This document shows, one piece after another, positions 15,001 to 27,240 of a stretch of DNA of 64,000 nt. The position numbers and the translations under genes are program-made. Source of the DNA: Ranitomeya imitator (Eukaryota); assembly GCF_032444005.1 (NCBI RefSeq), contig NC_091291.1, forward strand, positions 6,758,001-6,822,000. The letters run 5' to 3'. The notes under the pieces were generated by a model. The model was given only the letters and a program-made list of their open reading frames with translations, searched no databases and was not told the DNA's origin. Position 1 is the first letter of the stretch; each line of letters begins with the position of its first letter.

Positions 15001-18000
15001 CAATATAGTCCATCATTAACCCGTTCCCCACCTACAATATAGTCCATCATTAACCCGTTCCCAACCTACAATATATTCCATCATTAACCCGTTCCCAACC
15101 TACAATATAGTCCATCATTAACCCGTTCATCACCTACAATATAGTCCATCATTAACCCGTTCCCAACCTACAATATAGTCCATCATTAACCCGTTCCCTA
15201 CCAACAATATAGTCCATCATTAACCCTTTCCCCACCTGCAATATAGTCCATCATTAACCCTTTCCCCACCTGCAATATAGTCCATCATTAACCCATTTCC
15301 CACCTGCAATATAGTCCATCATTAACCCTTTCCCCACCTGCAATATAGTCCATCATTAACCCGTTCCCCACCTGCAATATAGTCCATCATTAACCCGTTC
15401 CCAACCTACAATATAGTCCATCATTAACCCTTTCCCCACCTACAATATAGTCCATCATTAACCCATTTCCCACCTGCAATATAGTCCATCATTAACCCTT
15501 TCTCCACCTGCAATATAGTCCATCATTAACCCTTTCCCCACCTGCAATATAGTCCATCATTAACCCATTTCCCACCTGCAATATAGTCCATCATTAACCC
15601 GTTCCCCACCTGCAATATAGTCCATCATTAACCCGTTCCCAACCTACAATATAGTCCATCATTAACCCTTTCCCCACCTACAATATAGTCCATCATTAAC
15701 CCATTTCCCACCTGCAATATAGTCCATCATTAACCCTTTCCCCACCTACAATATAGTCCATCATTAACCCATTTCCCACCTGCAATATAGTCCATCATTA
15801 ACCCTTTCCCCACCTGCAATATAGTCCATCATTAACCCATTTCCCACCTGCAATATAGTCCATCATTAACCCTTTCCCCACCTGCAATATAGTCCATCAT
15901 TAACCCTTTCCCCACCTACAATATAGTCCATCATTAACCCGTTCCCAACCTACAATATAGTCCATCATTAACCCGTTCCCTACCTACAATATAGTCCATC
16001 ATTAACCCGTTCCCCACCTACAATATAGTCCATCATTAACCCTTTCCCCACCTACAATATAGTCCATCATTAACCCGTTCCCCACCTACAATATAGTCCA
16101 TCATTAACCCGTTCCCTACCTACAATATAGTCCATCATTAACCCATTCCCTACCTACAATATAGTCCATCATTAACCCATTCCCAACCTACAATATAGTC
16201 CATCATTAACCCATTCCCTACCTACAATATAGTCCATCATTAACCCGTTCCCTACCTACAATACAGTCCATCATTAAACCGGTCTCCACCTGCAATATAG
16301 TCCATCATTAACCCATTCCCTACCTACAATATAGTCCATCATTAACCCGTTCCCCACCTACAATATAGTCCATCATTAACCCGTTCCCCACCTGCAATAT
16401 AGTCCACCATTAACCCGTTCCCCACCTGCAATATAGTCCATCATTAACCCGTTCCCCACCTACAATATAGTCCATCATTAACCCATTCCCTACCTACAAT
16501 ATAGTCCATCATTAACCCGTTCCCTACCTAAAATACAGTCCATCATTAAACCGGTCTCCACCTGCAATATAGTCCATCATTAACCCGTTCCCAACCTACA
16601 ATATAGTCCATCATTAACCCGTTCCCAACCTACAATATAGTCCATCATTAACCCGTTCCTCACCTACAATATAGTCCATCATTAACCCGTTCCCAACCTA
16701 CAATATAGTCCATCATTATCCCGTTCCCCACCTACAATATAGTCCATCATTAACCCGCTCCCCACCTACAATATAGTCCATCATTAGCCCGTTCCCCACC
16801 TACAATATAGTCCATCATTAACCCGTTCCCAACCTACAATATAGTCCATCATTAACCCGTTCCCCACCTACAATATAGTCCATCATTAACCCTTTCCCCA
16901 CCTACAATATAGTCCATCATTAACCCATTCATCACCTACAATATAGTCCATCATTAACCCGTTCCCCACCTACAATATAGTCCATCATTAACCCGTTCCC
17001 CACCTGCAATATAGTCCATCATTAACCCGTTCCCCACCTGCAATATAGTCCATCATTAACCCGTTCCCCACCTACAATATAGTCCATCATTAACCCGTTC
17101 CCCACCTGCAATACAGTCCATCATTAACCCGTTCCCCACCTACAATATAGTCCATCATTATCCCGTTCCCCACCTACAATATAGTCCATCATTAACCCGT
17201 TCCCTACCTACAATATAGTCCATCATTAACCCGTTCCTCACCTACAATATAGTCCATCATTAACCCGTTCCCCACCTACAATATAGTCCATCATTAACCC
17301 GTTCCCCACCTACAATATAGTCCATCATTAACCCGTTCCCAACCTACAATATAGTCCATCATTAACCCATTCCCTACCTGCAATATAGTCCATCATTAAC
17401 CCATTCCCCACCTACAATATAGTCCATCATTAACCCATTCATCACCTACAATATAGTCCATCATTTAACCCGTTCCCCACCTACAATATAGTCCATCATT
17501 AACCCGTTCCCAACCTACAATATATTCCATCATTAACCCGTTCCCCACCTACAATATAGTCCATCATTAACCCGTTCCCCACCTACAATATAGTCCATCA
17601 TTAACCCGTTCCTCACCTACAATATAGTCCATCATTAACCCGTTCCCCACCTACAATATAGTCCATCATTAACCCGTTCCCCACCTGCAATATAGTCCAT
17701 CATTAACCCGTTCCCCACCTGCAATATAGTCCATCATTAACCCGTTCCCCACCTACAATATAGTCCATCATTAACCCGTTCCCCACCTGCAATACAGTCC
17801 ATCATTAACCCGTTCCCCACCTACAATATAGTCCATCATTATCCCGTTCCCCACCTACAATATAGTCCATCATTAACCCGTTCCCTACCTACAATATAGT
17901 CCATCATTAACCCGTTCCTCACCTACAATATAGTCCATCATTAACCCGTTCCCCACCTACAATATAGTCCATCATTAACCCGTTCCCCACCTACAATATA

Positions 18001-21000
18001 GTCCATCATTAACCCGTTCCCAACCTACAATATAGTCCATCATTAACCCATTCCCTACCTGCAATATAGTCCATCATTAACCCATTCCCCACCTACAATA
18101 TAGTCCATCATTAACCCATTCATCACCTACAATATAGTCCATCATTTAACCCGTTCCCCACCTACAATATAGTCCATCATTAACCCGTTCCCAACCTACA
18201 ATATATTCCATCATTAACCCGTTCCCCACCTACAATATAGTCCATCATTAACCCGTTCCCCACCTACAATATAGTCCATCATTAACTCATTCATCACCTA
18301 CAATATAGTCCATCATTAACCCGTTCATCACCTACAATATAGTCCATCATTTAACCCGTTCCCCACCTACAATATAGTCCATCATTAACCCGTTCCCAAC
18401 CTACAATATATTCCATCATTAACCCGTTCCTCACCTACAATATAGTCCATCATTAACCCATTTCCTACCTACAATATAGTCCATCATTAACCCGTTCCCA
18501 ACCTACAATATATTCCATCATTAACCCGTTCCCCACCTACAATATAGTCCATCATTAACCCGTTCCCCACCTGCAATATAGTCCATCATTAACCGGTTCC
18601 CCACCTGCAATACAGTCCATTATTAACCCATTCCCTACCAACAATATAGTCCATCATTAACCCGTTCCCTACCTACAATATAGTCCATCATTAACCCATT
18701 CATCACCTACAATATAGTCCATCATTAACCCGTTCCCAACCTACAATATAGTCCATCATTAACCCGTTCCCTACCTACAATATAGTCCATCATTAACCCG
18801 TTCCCTACCTACAATATAGTCCATCATTAACCCATTCATCACCTACAATATAGTCCATCATTAAACCGTTCCCCACCTACAATATAGTCCATCATTAACC
18901 CGTTCCCTACCTACAATATAGTCCATCATTAACCCGTTCCCTACCTACAATATAGTCCATCATTAACCCATTCATCACCTACAATATAGTCCATCATTAA
19001 CCCGTTCCCCACCTACAAAATAGTCCATCATTAACCCGTTCCCCACCTACAATATAGTCCATCATTAACCCGTTCCCCACCTACAATATAGTCCATCATT
19101 AACCCATTCATCACCTACAATATAGTCCATCATTTAACTCGTTCCCCACCTACAATATAGTCCATCATTAACCCGTTCCCCACCTACAATATAGTCCATC
19201 ATTAACCCGTTCCTCACCTACAATATAGTCCATCATTTAACTCGTTCCCCACCTACAATATAGTCCATCATTAACCCGTTCCCCACCTACAATATAGTCC
19301 ATCATTAACCCGTTCCCCACCTACAATATAGTCCATCATTAACCCGTTCCCCACCTACAATATAGTCCATCATTAACCCTTTCCCCACCTACAATATAGT
19401 CCATCATTAACCCGTTCCCCGCCTGCAATATAGTCCATCATTAACCCGTTCCCCACCTGCAATACAGTCCATTATTAACCCATTCCCTACCAACAATATA
19501 GTCCATCATTAACCCTTTCCCCACCTGCAATATAGTCCATCATTAACCCGTTCCCCACCTACAATATAGTCCATCATTAACCCGCTCCCTACCTACAATA
19601 TAGTCCATCATTAACCCATTCATCACCTACAATATAGTCCATCATTAACCCATTCCCTACCTACAATATAGTCCATCATTAACCCGTTCCCTACCTACAA
19701 TATAGTCCATCATTAACCCTTTCCCCACCTACAATATAGTCCATCATTAACCCGTTCCCCGCCTGCAATATAGTCCATCATTAACCCGTTCCCCACCTGC
19801 AATACAGTCCATTATTAACCCATTCCCTACCAACAATATAGTCCATCATTAACCCTTTCCCCACCTGCAATATAGTCCATCATTAACCCGTTCCCCACCT
19901 ACAATATAGTCCATCATTAACCCGTTCCCTACCTACAATATAGTCCATCATTAACCCATTCATCACCTACAATATAGTCCATCATTAACCCGTTCCCTAC
20001 CTACAATATAGTCCATCATTAACCCGCTCCTCACCTACAATATAGTCCATCATTAACCCGTTCCCCACCTACAATATAGTCCATCATTAACCCGTTCCCC
20101 ACCTACAATATAGTCCATCATTAACCCGTTCCCCACCTACAATATAGTCCATCATTAACCCGTTCCCCACCTACAATATAGTCCATCATTAACCCGTTCC
20201 CCACCTACAATATAGTCCATCATTAACCCGTTCCCCACCTACAATATAGTCCATCATTAACCCGTTCCTCACCTACAATATAGTCCATCATTAACCCGTT
20301 CCCCACCTACAATATAGTCCACCATTAACCCGTTCCTCACCTACAATATAGTCCATCATTAACCCATTCATCACCTACAATATAGTCCATCATTTAACCC
20401 GTTCCCTACCTGCAATATAGTCCATCATTAACCCGTTCCCTACCTACAATACAGTCCACCATTAACCCGTTCCTCACCTACAATATAGTCCATCATTAAC
20501 CCGTTCCTCACCTACAATATAGTCCACCATTAACCCGTTCCTCACCTACAATATAGTCCATCATTAACCCGTTCCTCACCTACAATATAGTCCATCATTT
20601 AACCCGTTCCCTACCTGCATTATAGTCCACCATTAACCCGTTCCCCACCTACAATATAGTCCATCATTAACCCGTTCCCCACCTACAATATAGTCCATTA
20701 TTAACCCGTTCCCCACCTACAAAATAGTCCATCATTAACCCGTTCCCCACCTGCAATATAGTCCATCATTAACCCGTTCCCTACCTACAAAATAGTCCAC
20801 CATTAACCCGTTCCCCACCTGCAATATAGTCCATCATTAACCCGTTCCCCACCTACAAAATAGTCCATCATTAACCCGTTCCCCACCTGCAATATAGTCC
20901 ATCATTAACCCGTTCCTCACCTACAATATAGTCCATCATTAACCCGTTCCCCACCTACAATATAGTCCATCATTAACCCGTTCCCTACCTGCAATATAGT

Positions 21001-24000
21001 CCATCATTAACCCGTTCCTCACCTGCAATATAGTCCATCATTAACCCGTTCCCCACCTACAAAATAGTCCATCATTAACCCGTTCCCTACCTGCATTATA
21101 GTCCATCATTAACCCATTCCCAACCTACAATATAGTCCATCATTTAACTCGTTCCTCACCTACAATATAGTCCATCATTAACCCATTCCCAACCTACAAT
21201 ATAGTCCATCATTAACCCATTCCCAACCTACAATATAGTCCATCATTAACCCGTTCCCCACCTACAATATAGTCCATCATTAACCCATTCCCAACCTACA
21301 ATATAGTCCATCATTAACCCGTTCCCAACCTACAATATAGTCCATCATTTAACTCGTTCCTCACCTACAATATAGTCCATCATTAACCCGTTCCCAACCT
21401 ACAATATAGTCCATCATTTAACTCGTTCCTCACCTACAATAGTCCATCATTAACCCATTCATCACCTACAATATAGTCCATCATTAACCCGTTCCCAACC
21501 TACAATATAGTCCATCATTTAACTCGTTCCTCACCTACAATATAGTCCATCATTAACCCATTCATCACCTACAATATAGTCCATCATTAACCCATTCCCA
21601 CCTACAATATAGTCCATCATTTAACTCGTTCCTCACCTACAATATAATCCATCATTAACCCGTTCCCAACCTACAATATAGTCCATCATTTAACTCGTTC
21701 CTCACCTACAATATAGTCCATCATTAACCCATTCATCACCTACAATATAGTCCATCATTAACCCGTTCCCAACCTACAATATAGTCCATCATTAACCCAT
21801 TCATCACCTACAATATAGTCCATCATTAACCCGTTCCCCACCTACAAAATAGTCCATCATTAACCCGTTCCCCACCTACAATACAGTCCATCATTAACCC
21901 TTTCCCCACCTACAATATAGTCCATCATTAACCCGTTCCCAACCTACAATATAGTCCATCATTTAACTCGTTCCTCACCTACAATATAGTCCATCATTAA
22001 CCCTTTCCCCACCTACAATATAGTCCATCATTAACCCATTCCCCACCTACAATATAGTCCATCATTTAACTCGTTCCTCACCTACAATATAGTCCATCAT
22101 TAACCCTTTCCCCACCTACAATATAGTCCATCATTAACCCGTTCCCAACCTACAATATAGTCCATCATTAACCCGTTCCCAACCTACAATATAGTCCATC
22201 ATTAACCCATTCATCACCTACAATATAGTCCATCATTAACCCGTTCCCAACCTACAATATAGTCCATCATTAACCCATTCATCACCTACAATATAGTCCA
22301 TCATTAACCCATTCATCACCTACAATATAGTCCATCATTAACCCATTCATCACCTACAATATAGTCCATCATTAACCCGTTCCCAACCTACAATATAGTC
22401 CATCATTAACCCGTTCCCAACCTACAATATAGTCCATCATTAACCCATTCATCACCTACAATATAGTCCATCATTAACCCGTTCCCAACCTACAATATAG
22501 TCCATCATTAACCCGTTCCCCACCTACAATATAGTCCATCATTAACCCGTTCCCAACCTACAATATATTCCATCATTAACCCGTTCCCAACCTACAATAT
22601 AGTCCATCATTTAACTCGTTCCTCACCTACAATATAGTCCATCATTAACCCATTCATCACCTACAATATAGTCCATCATTAACCCGTTCCCCACCTACAA
22701 TATAGTCCATCATTAACCCATTCATCACCTACAATATAGTCCATCATTAACCCGTTCCCAACCTACAATATAGTCCATCATTAACCCGTTCCCTACCAAC
22801 AATATAGTCCATCATTAACCCTTTCCCCACCTGCAATATAGTCCATCATTAACCCTTTCCCCACCTGCAATATAGTCCATCATTAACCCATTTCCCACCT
22901 GCAATATAGTCCATCATTAACCCTTTCCCCACCTGCAATATAGTCCATCATTAACCCGTTCCCCACCTGCAATATAGTCCATCATTAACCCGTTCCCAAC
23001 CTACAATATAGTCCATCATTAACCCTTTCCCCACCTACAATATAGTCCATCATTAACCCATTTCCCACCTGCAATATAGTCCATCATTAACCCTTTCCCC
23101 ACCTGCAATATAGTCCATCATTAACCCTTTCCCCACCTGCAATATAGTCCATCATTAACCCATTTCCCACCTGCAATATAGTCCATCATTAACCCTTTCC
23201 CCACCTGCAATATAGTCCATCATTAACCCGTTCCCCACCTGCAATATAGTCCATCATTAACCCGTTCCCAACCTACAATATAGTCCATCATTAACCCTTT
23301 CCCCACCTACAATATAGTCCATCATTAACCCATTTCCCACCTGCAATATAGTCCATCATTAACCCTTTCCCCACCTGCAATATAGTCCATCATTAACCCA
23401 TTTCCCACCTGCAATATAGTCCATCATTAACCCGTTCCCTACCTACAATATAGTCCATCATTACCCATTCCCCACCTGCAATATAGTCCATCATTAACCC
23501 GTTCCCAACCTACAATATAGTCCATCATTAACCCTTTCCCCACCTACAATATAGTCCATCATTAACCCATTTCCCACCTGCAATATAGTCCATCATTAAC
23601 CCTTTCCCCACCTACAATATAGTCCATCATTAACCCATTTCCCACCTGCAATATAGTCCATCATTAACCCTTTCCCCACCTGCAATATAGTCCATCATTA
23701 ACCCATTTCCCACCTGCAATATAGTCCATCATTAACCCTTTCCCCACCTGCAATATAGTCCATCATTAACCCATTTCCCACCTGCAATATAGTCCATCAT
23801 TAACCCATTTCCCACCTGCAATATAGTCCATCATTAACCCTTTCCCCACCTGCAATATAGTCCATCATTAACCCTTTCCCCACCTACAATATAGTCCATC
23901 ATTAACCCATTTCCCACCTGCAATATAGTCCATCATTAACCCATTTCCCACCTACAATATAGTCCATCATTACCCATTCCCCACCTGCAATATAGTCCAT

Positions 24001-24763
24001 CATTAACCCGTTCCCAACCTACAATATAGTCCATCATTAACCCGTTCCCTACCTACAATATAGTCCATCATTAACCCGTTCCCCACCTACAATATAGTCC
24101 ATCATTAACCCTTTCCCCACCTACAATATAGTCCATCATTAACCCGTTCCCCACCTACAATATAGTCCATCATTAACCCGTTCCCTACCTACAATATAGT
24201 CCATCATTAACCCATTCCCTACCTACAATATAGTCCATCATTAACCCATTCCCAACCTACAATATAGTCCATCATTAACCCATTCCCTACCTACAATATA
24301 GTCCATCATTAACCCATTCCCTACCTACAATATAGTCCATCATTAACCCGTTCCCTACCTACAATACAGTCCATCATTAAACCGGTCTCCACCTGCAATA
24401 TAGTCCATCATTAACCCATTCCCTACCTACAATATAGTCCATCATTAACCCGTTCCCCACCTACAATATAGTCCATCATTAACCCGTTCCCCACCTACAA
24501 TATAGTCCATCATTAACCCGTTCCTCACCTGCAATATAGTCCATCATTAACCCGTTCCCCACCTGCAATATAGTCCATCATTAACCCGTTCCCCACCTAC
24601 AATATAGTCCATCATTAACCCGTTCCCCACCTGCAATATAGTCCACCATTAACCCGTTCCCCACCTGCAATATAGTCCATCATTAACCCGTTCCCCACCT
24701 GCAATATAGTCCATCTTTAACCCGTTCCCCACCTACAATATAGTCCATCTTTAACTCGTTCCC
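1..24763. repeat. 34-bp satellite array, left part (~725 units, runs off the window start)
   Basis: Unit ATAGTCCATCATTAACCCGTTCCCCACCT(A/G)CAAT recurs every 34 bp (positions 1, 35, 69...). Variants cluster in the CCGTTCCCCAC segment. The + strand is strongly C/A-rich. Confidence 0.99.
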
Positions 24764-25525
24764 TGTTATGATCTGGTGGCCTTGGAGCAGCATAAGACGT
24801 ACTCTGGAGAAGGTGGTCCCTGTACTGACCGCAACCCTGAACCTAGCAGCGCAACTAGAAGTAGCCGTGGGGGGTACCCGACACTCCCTAGACCCCTCGG
24901 CACAGCCTAAGAACTAACTACCCCTAAAGACAGAAACAGGAAACCTATCTTGCCTCAGAGAAAATCCCCAAAGGATAGCTAGCCCCCCCACAAATATTGA
25001 CTGTGAGAGGAGAGGGAAATAACATACGCAGATATGAAATCAGATTTTAGCATAGGAGGCCATTCTAGCTAAAAAGAAAGAATAGAACAGAGTACTATGC
25101 GGTCAGTGTAAAAACACTAGAAAATATCCACCGCAGAAAATACGAATACCCACATCTGACTAAAGACATGGGGGGTATATCTGCATCTCCAGAGAAATAG
25201 CTAGACTGCAAAAATCCTTCACAGACCAAGCTGGACAAAACAAAAACATGAAAATGCACAAAACTATAAGGTCCACTGCAGGTGGACAGCAAAAACAAAG
25301 CCAGGACTTATCTTTGTAGAAAAACACAGCAAACTGGAGAGACCAGCAGGGAAGTGAATCCTTCAAGAACAATGGACAACTGGCACTGACTAAAAAATCC
25401 TGCAAAGCTATATACCCCAGTCAGTCCTGCAATTAGTAGATACACATGTCCACTCCTGCAATCCAGGCACAACTGCATTACCCTCTACAACCACCGGAGG
25501 GAGCCCAAAAGCTGAATTCACAACA
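24764..25525 (-). mobile_element. Solo LTR (762 bp) inserted into the 34-bp satellite
   Basis: Unique sequence bounded by TGTTATGA...TCACAACA (TG..CA, 7/8 terminal inverted match). Flanks GTTCCC (24758-24763) and GTACCC (25526-25531) form an imperfect 6-bp target duplication, and the satellite resumes in register. A TATATA box reads on the - strand near 25407-25412. No internal gag/pol. Orientation is inferred. Confidence 0.72.
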
Positions 25526-26550
25526 GTACCCCACCTGCAATATAGTCCATCATTAACCCATTCCCTACCTACAATATAGTCCATCATTAACCCGTTCCCC
25601 ACCTGCAATACAGTCCATCATTAACCCGTTCCTCACCTACAATATAGTCCATCATTAACCCATTCCCCACCTGCAATATAGTCCATCATTAACCCGTTCC
25701 CTACCTACAATATAGTCCATCATTAACCCGTTCCCTACCTACAATATAGTCCATCATTAACCCGTTCCCCACCTACAATATAGTCCATCATTAACCCATT
25801 CCCAACCTACAATATAGTCCATCATTAACCCGTTCCCCACCTACAATATAGTCCATCATTAACCCGTTCCCCACCTACAATATAGTCCATCATTAACCCG
25901 TTCCCCACCTGCAATATAGTCCATCATTAACCCGTTCCCCACCTACAATATAGTCCATCATTAACCCGTTCCCTACCTGCAATATAGTCCATCTTTAACC
26001 CGTTCCCCACCTACAATATAGTCTATCATTAACAAGTTCCCCACCTGCAATACAGTCCATCATTAACCCATTCACCACCTGCAATATAGTCCATCATTAG
26101 CCCATTCCCTACCTACAATATAGTCCATCATTAACCCGTTCCCCACCTGCAATATAGTCCATCATTAACCCGTTCCCCACCTACAATATAGTCCATCATT
26201 ATCCCGTTCCCCACCTGCAATATAGTCTATCATTAACCCGTTCCCCACCTACAATATAGTCCATCATTAACCCATTCCCCACCTGCAATATAGTCCATCA
26301 TTAACCCATTCCCCACCTGCTATATAGTCCATCATTAACCCATTCCCTACCTACAATATAGTCCATCATTAACCCGTTCCCCACCTGCAATATAGTCCAT
26401 CATTAACCCGTTCCCCACCTGCAATATAGTCCATCATTAACCCGTTCCCCACCTGCAATATAGTCCATCATTAACCCATTCCCTACCTGCAATATAGTCC
26501 ATCATTAACCCATTCCCTACCTGCATTACAGTCCATCATTAACCCGTTCC
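25526..26550. repeat. 34-bp satellite array, right part (~30 units)
   Basis: Same unit resumes after the LTR and ends at ...AACCCGTTCC (26550). Confidence 0.98.
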
Positions 26551-26808
26551 TTGCCAACGCTGTCCCATTCCGGGGTGGACAGGTCATTTCTATGCAATGA
26601 GCGACTAATCAGCTTAATGGAGATTTCCAGGACTCGGCTCCGCGCCTGCACTTCCAGGAATCCTGAGCGGCACAGAATCTGTGATAGAGAAGGAGGGATT
26701 GTCACATGAAGGGTCCGAGGCGTCTACAATAAATGCAACGTGACATGGAGAGAAAATCATGTAAAGGGCTTCTCCAGATCCCAGTGTGGTGACTTATGAT
26801 CATTGCAG

Positions 26809-26854
26809 ATTTGCCTTCAACTTTCTCAGCCTTCTGCTCATCCTGAGCTCCCTG
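26809..26854 (+). other. Candidate signal-peptide exon of the trypsin-like gene (unresolved)
   Basis: Reads FAFNFLSLLLILSSL after a CAG (26806-26808) and before GTGCAT (26855). There is no in-frame ATG, and the donor phase (0) does not match the next exon (1). Confidence 0.35.
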
Positions 26855-27240
26855 GTGCATTCATGCAATGCTAGAGCCGCACTGACACTGAGCTGAGGAC
26901 GGGTCCATGACAGTTTAGATACCATTTAGAGTATCTAATCTGCTCCTTTTCAGCTGTATCACTGGAGCAAAGACAAGGCTGAGGTTGTTACAATGTGTCA
27001 GTGCAGTAAATGTATCACAGAGGATTGGGCACACTGGACACAATTGTGACAAACCTTCAGCTGTGAGGCTTTTTGGGGGTTTTCAGGCTTTTGAGCCATC
27101 AGCAAGCAGAGATCTTGAAAATGGTGCGAGATAGGGACACAAAACATCAGAATCTGCGGCACTTTCCATTATATGTGATTGTCAGCTCACGAGTCCACAA
27201 GAGGGAACACTGCAGTAATGACTGATTTGTGATGTTCCAG

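Noticed and set aside
1-26550. Telomere-like hexamer TAACCC in each 34-bp unit
   Set aside because: One isolated hexamer per unit, never tandem, and the TAGGGTT context needed for TRF binding is absent (ACGGGTT/ATGGGTT).
26551-27240. Pancreatic PTF1 element for the protease
   Set aside because: CAGCTG E-boxes are present (~26952, ~27058) but no TTTCCC box at the required spacing.
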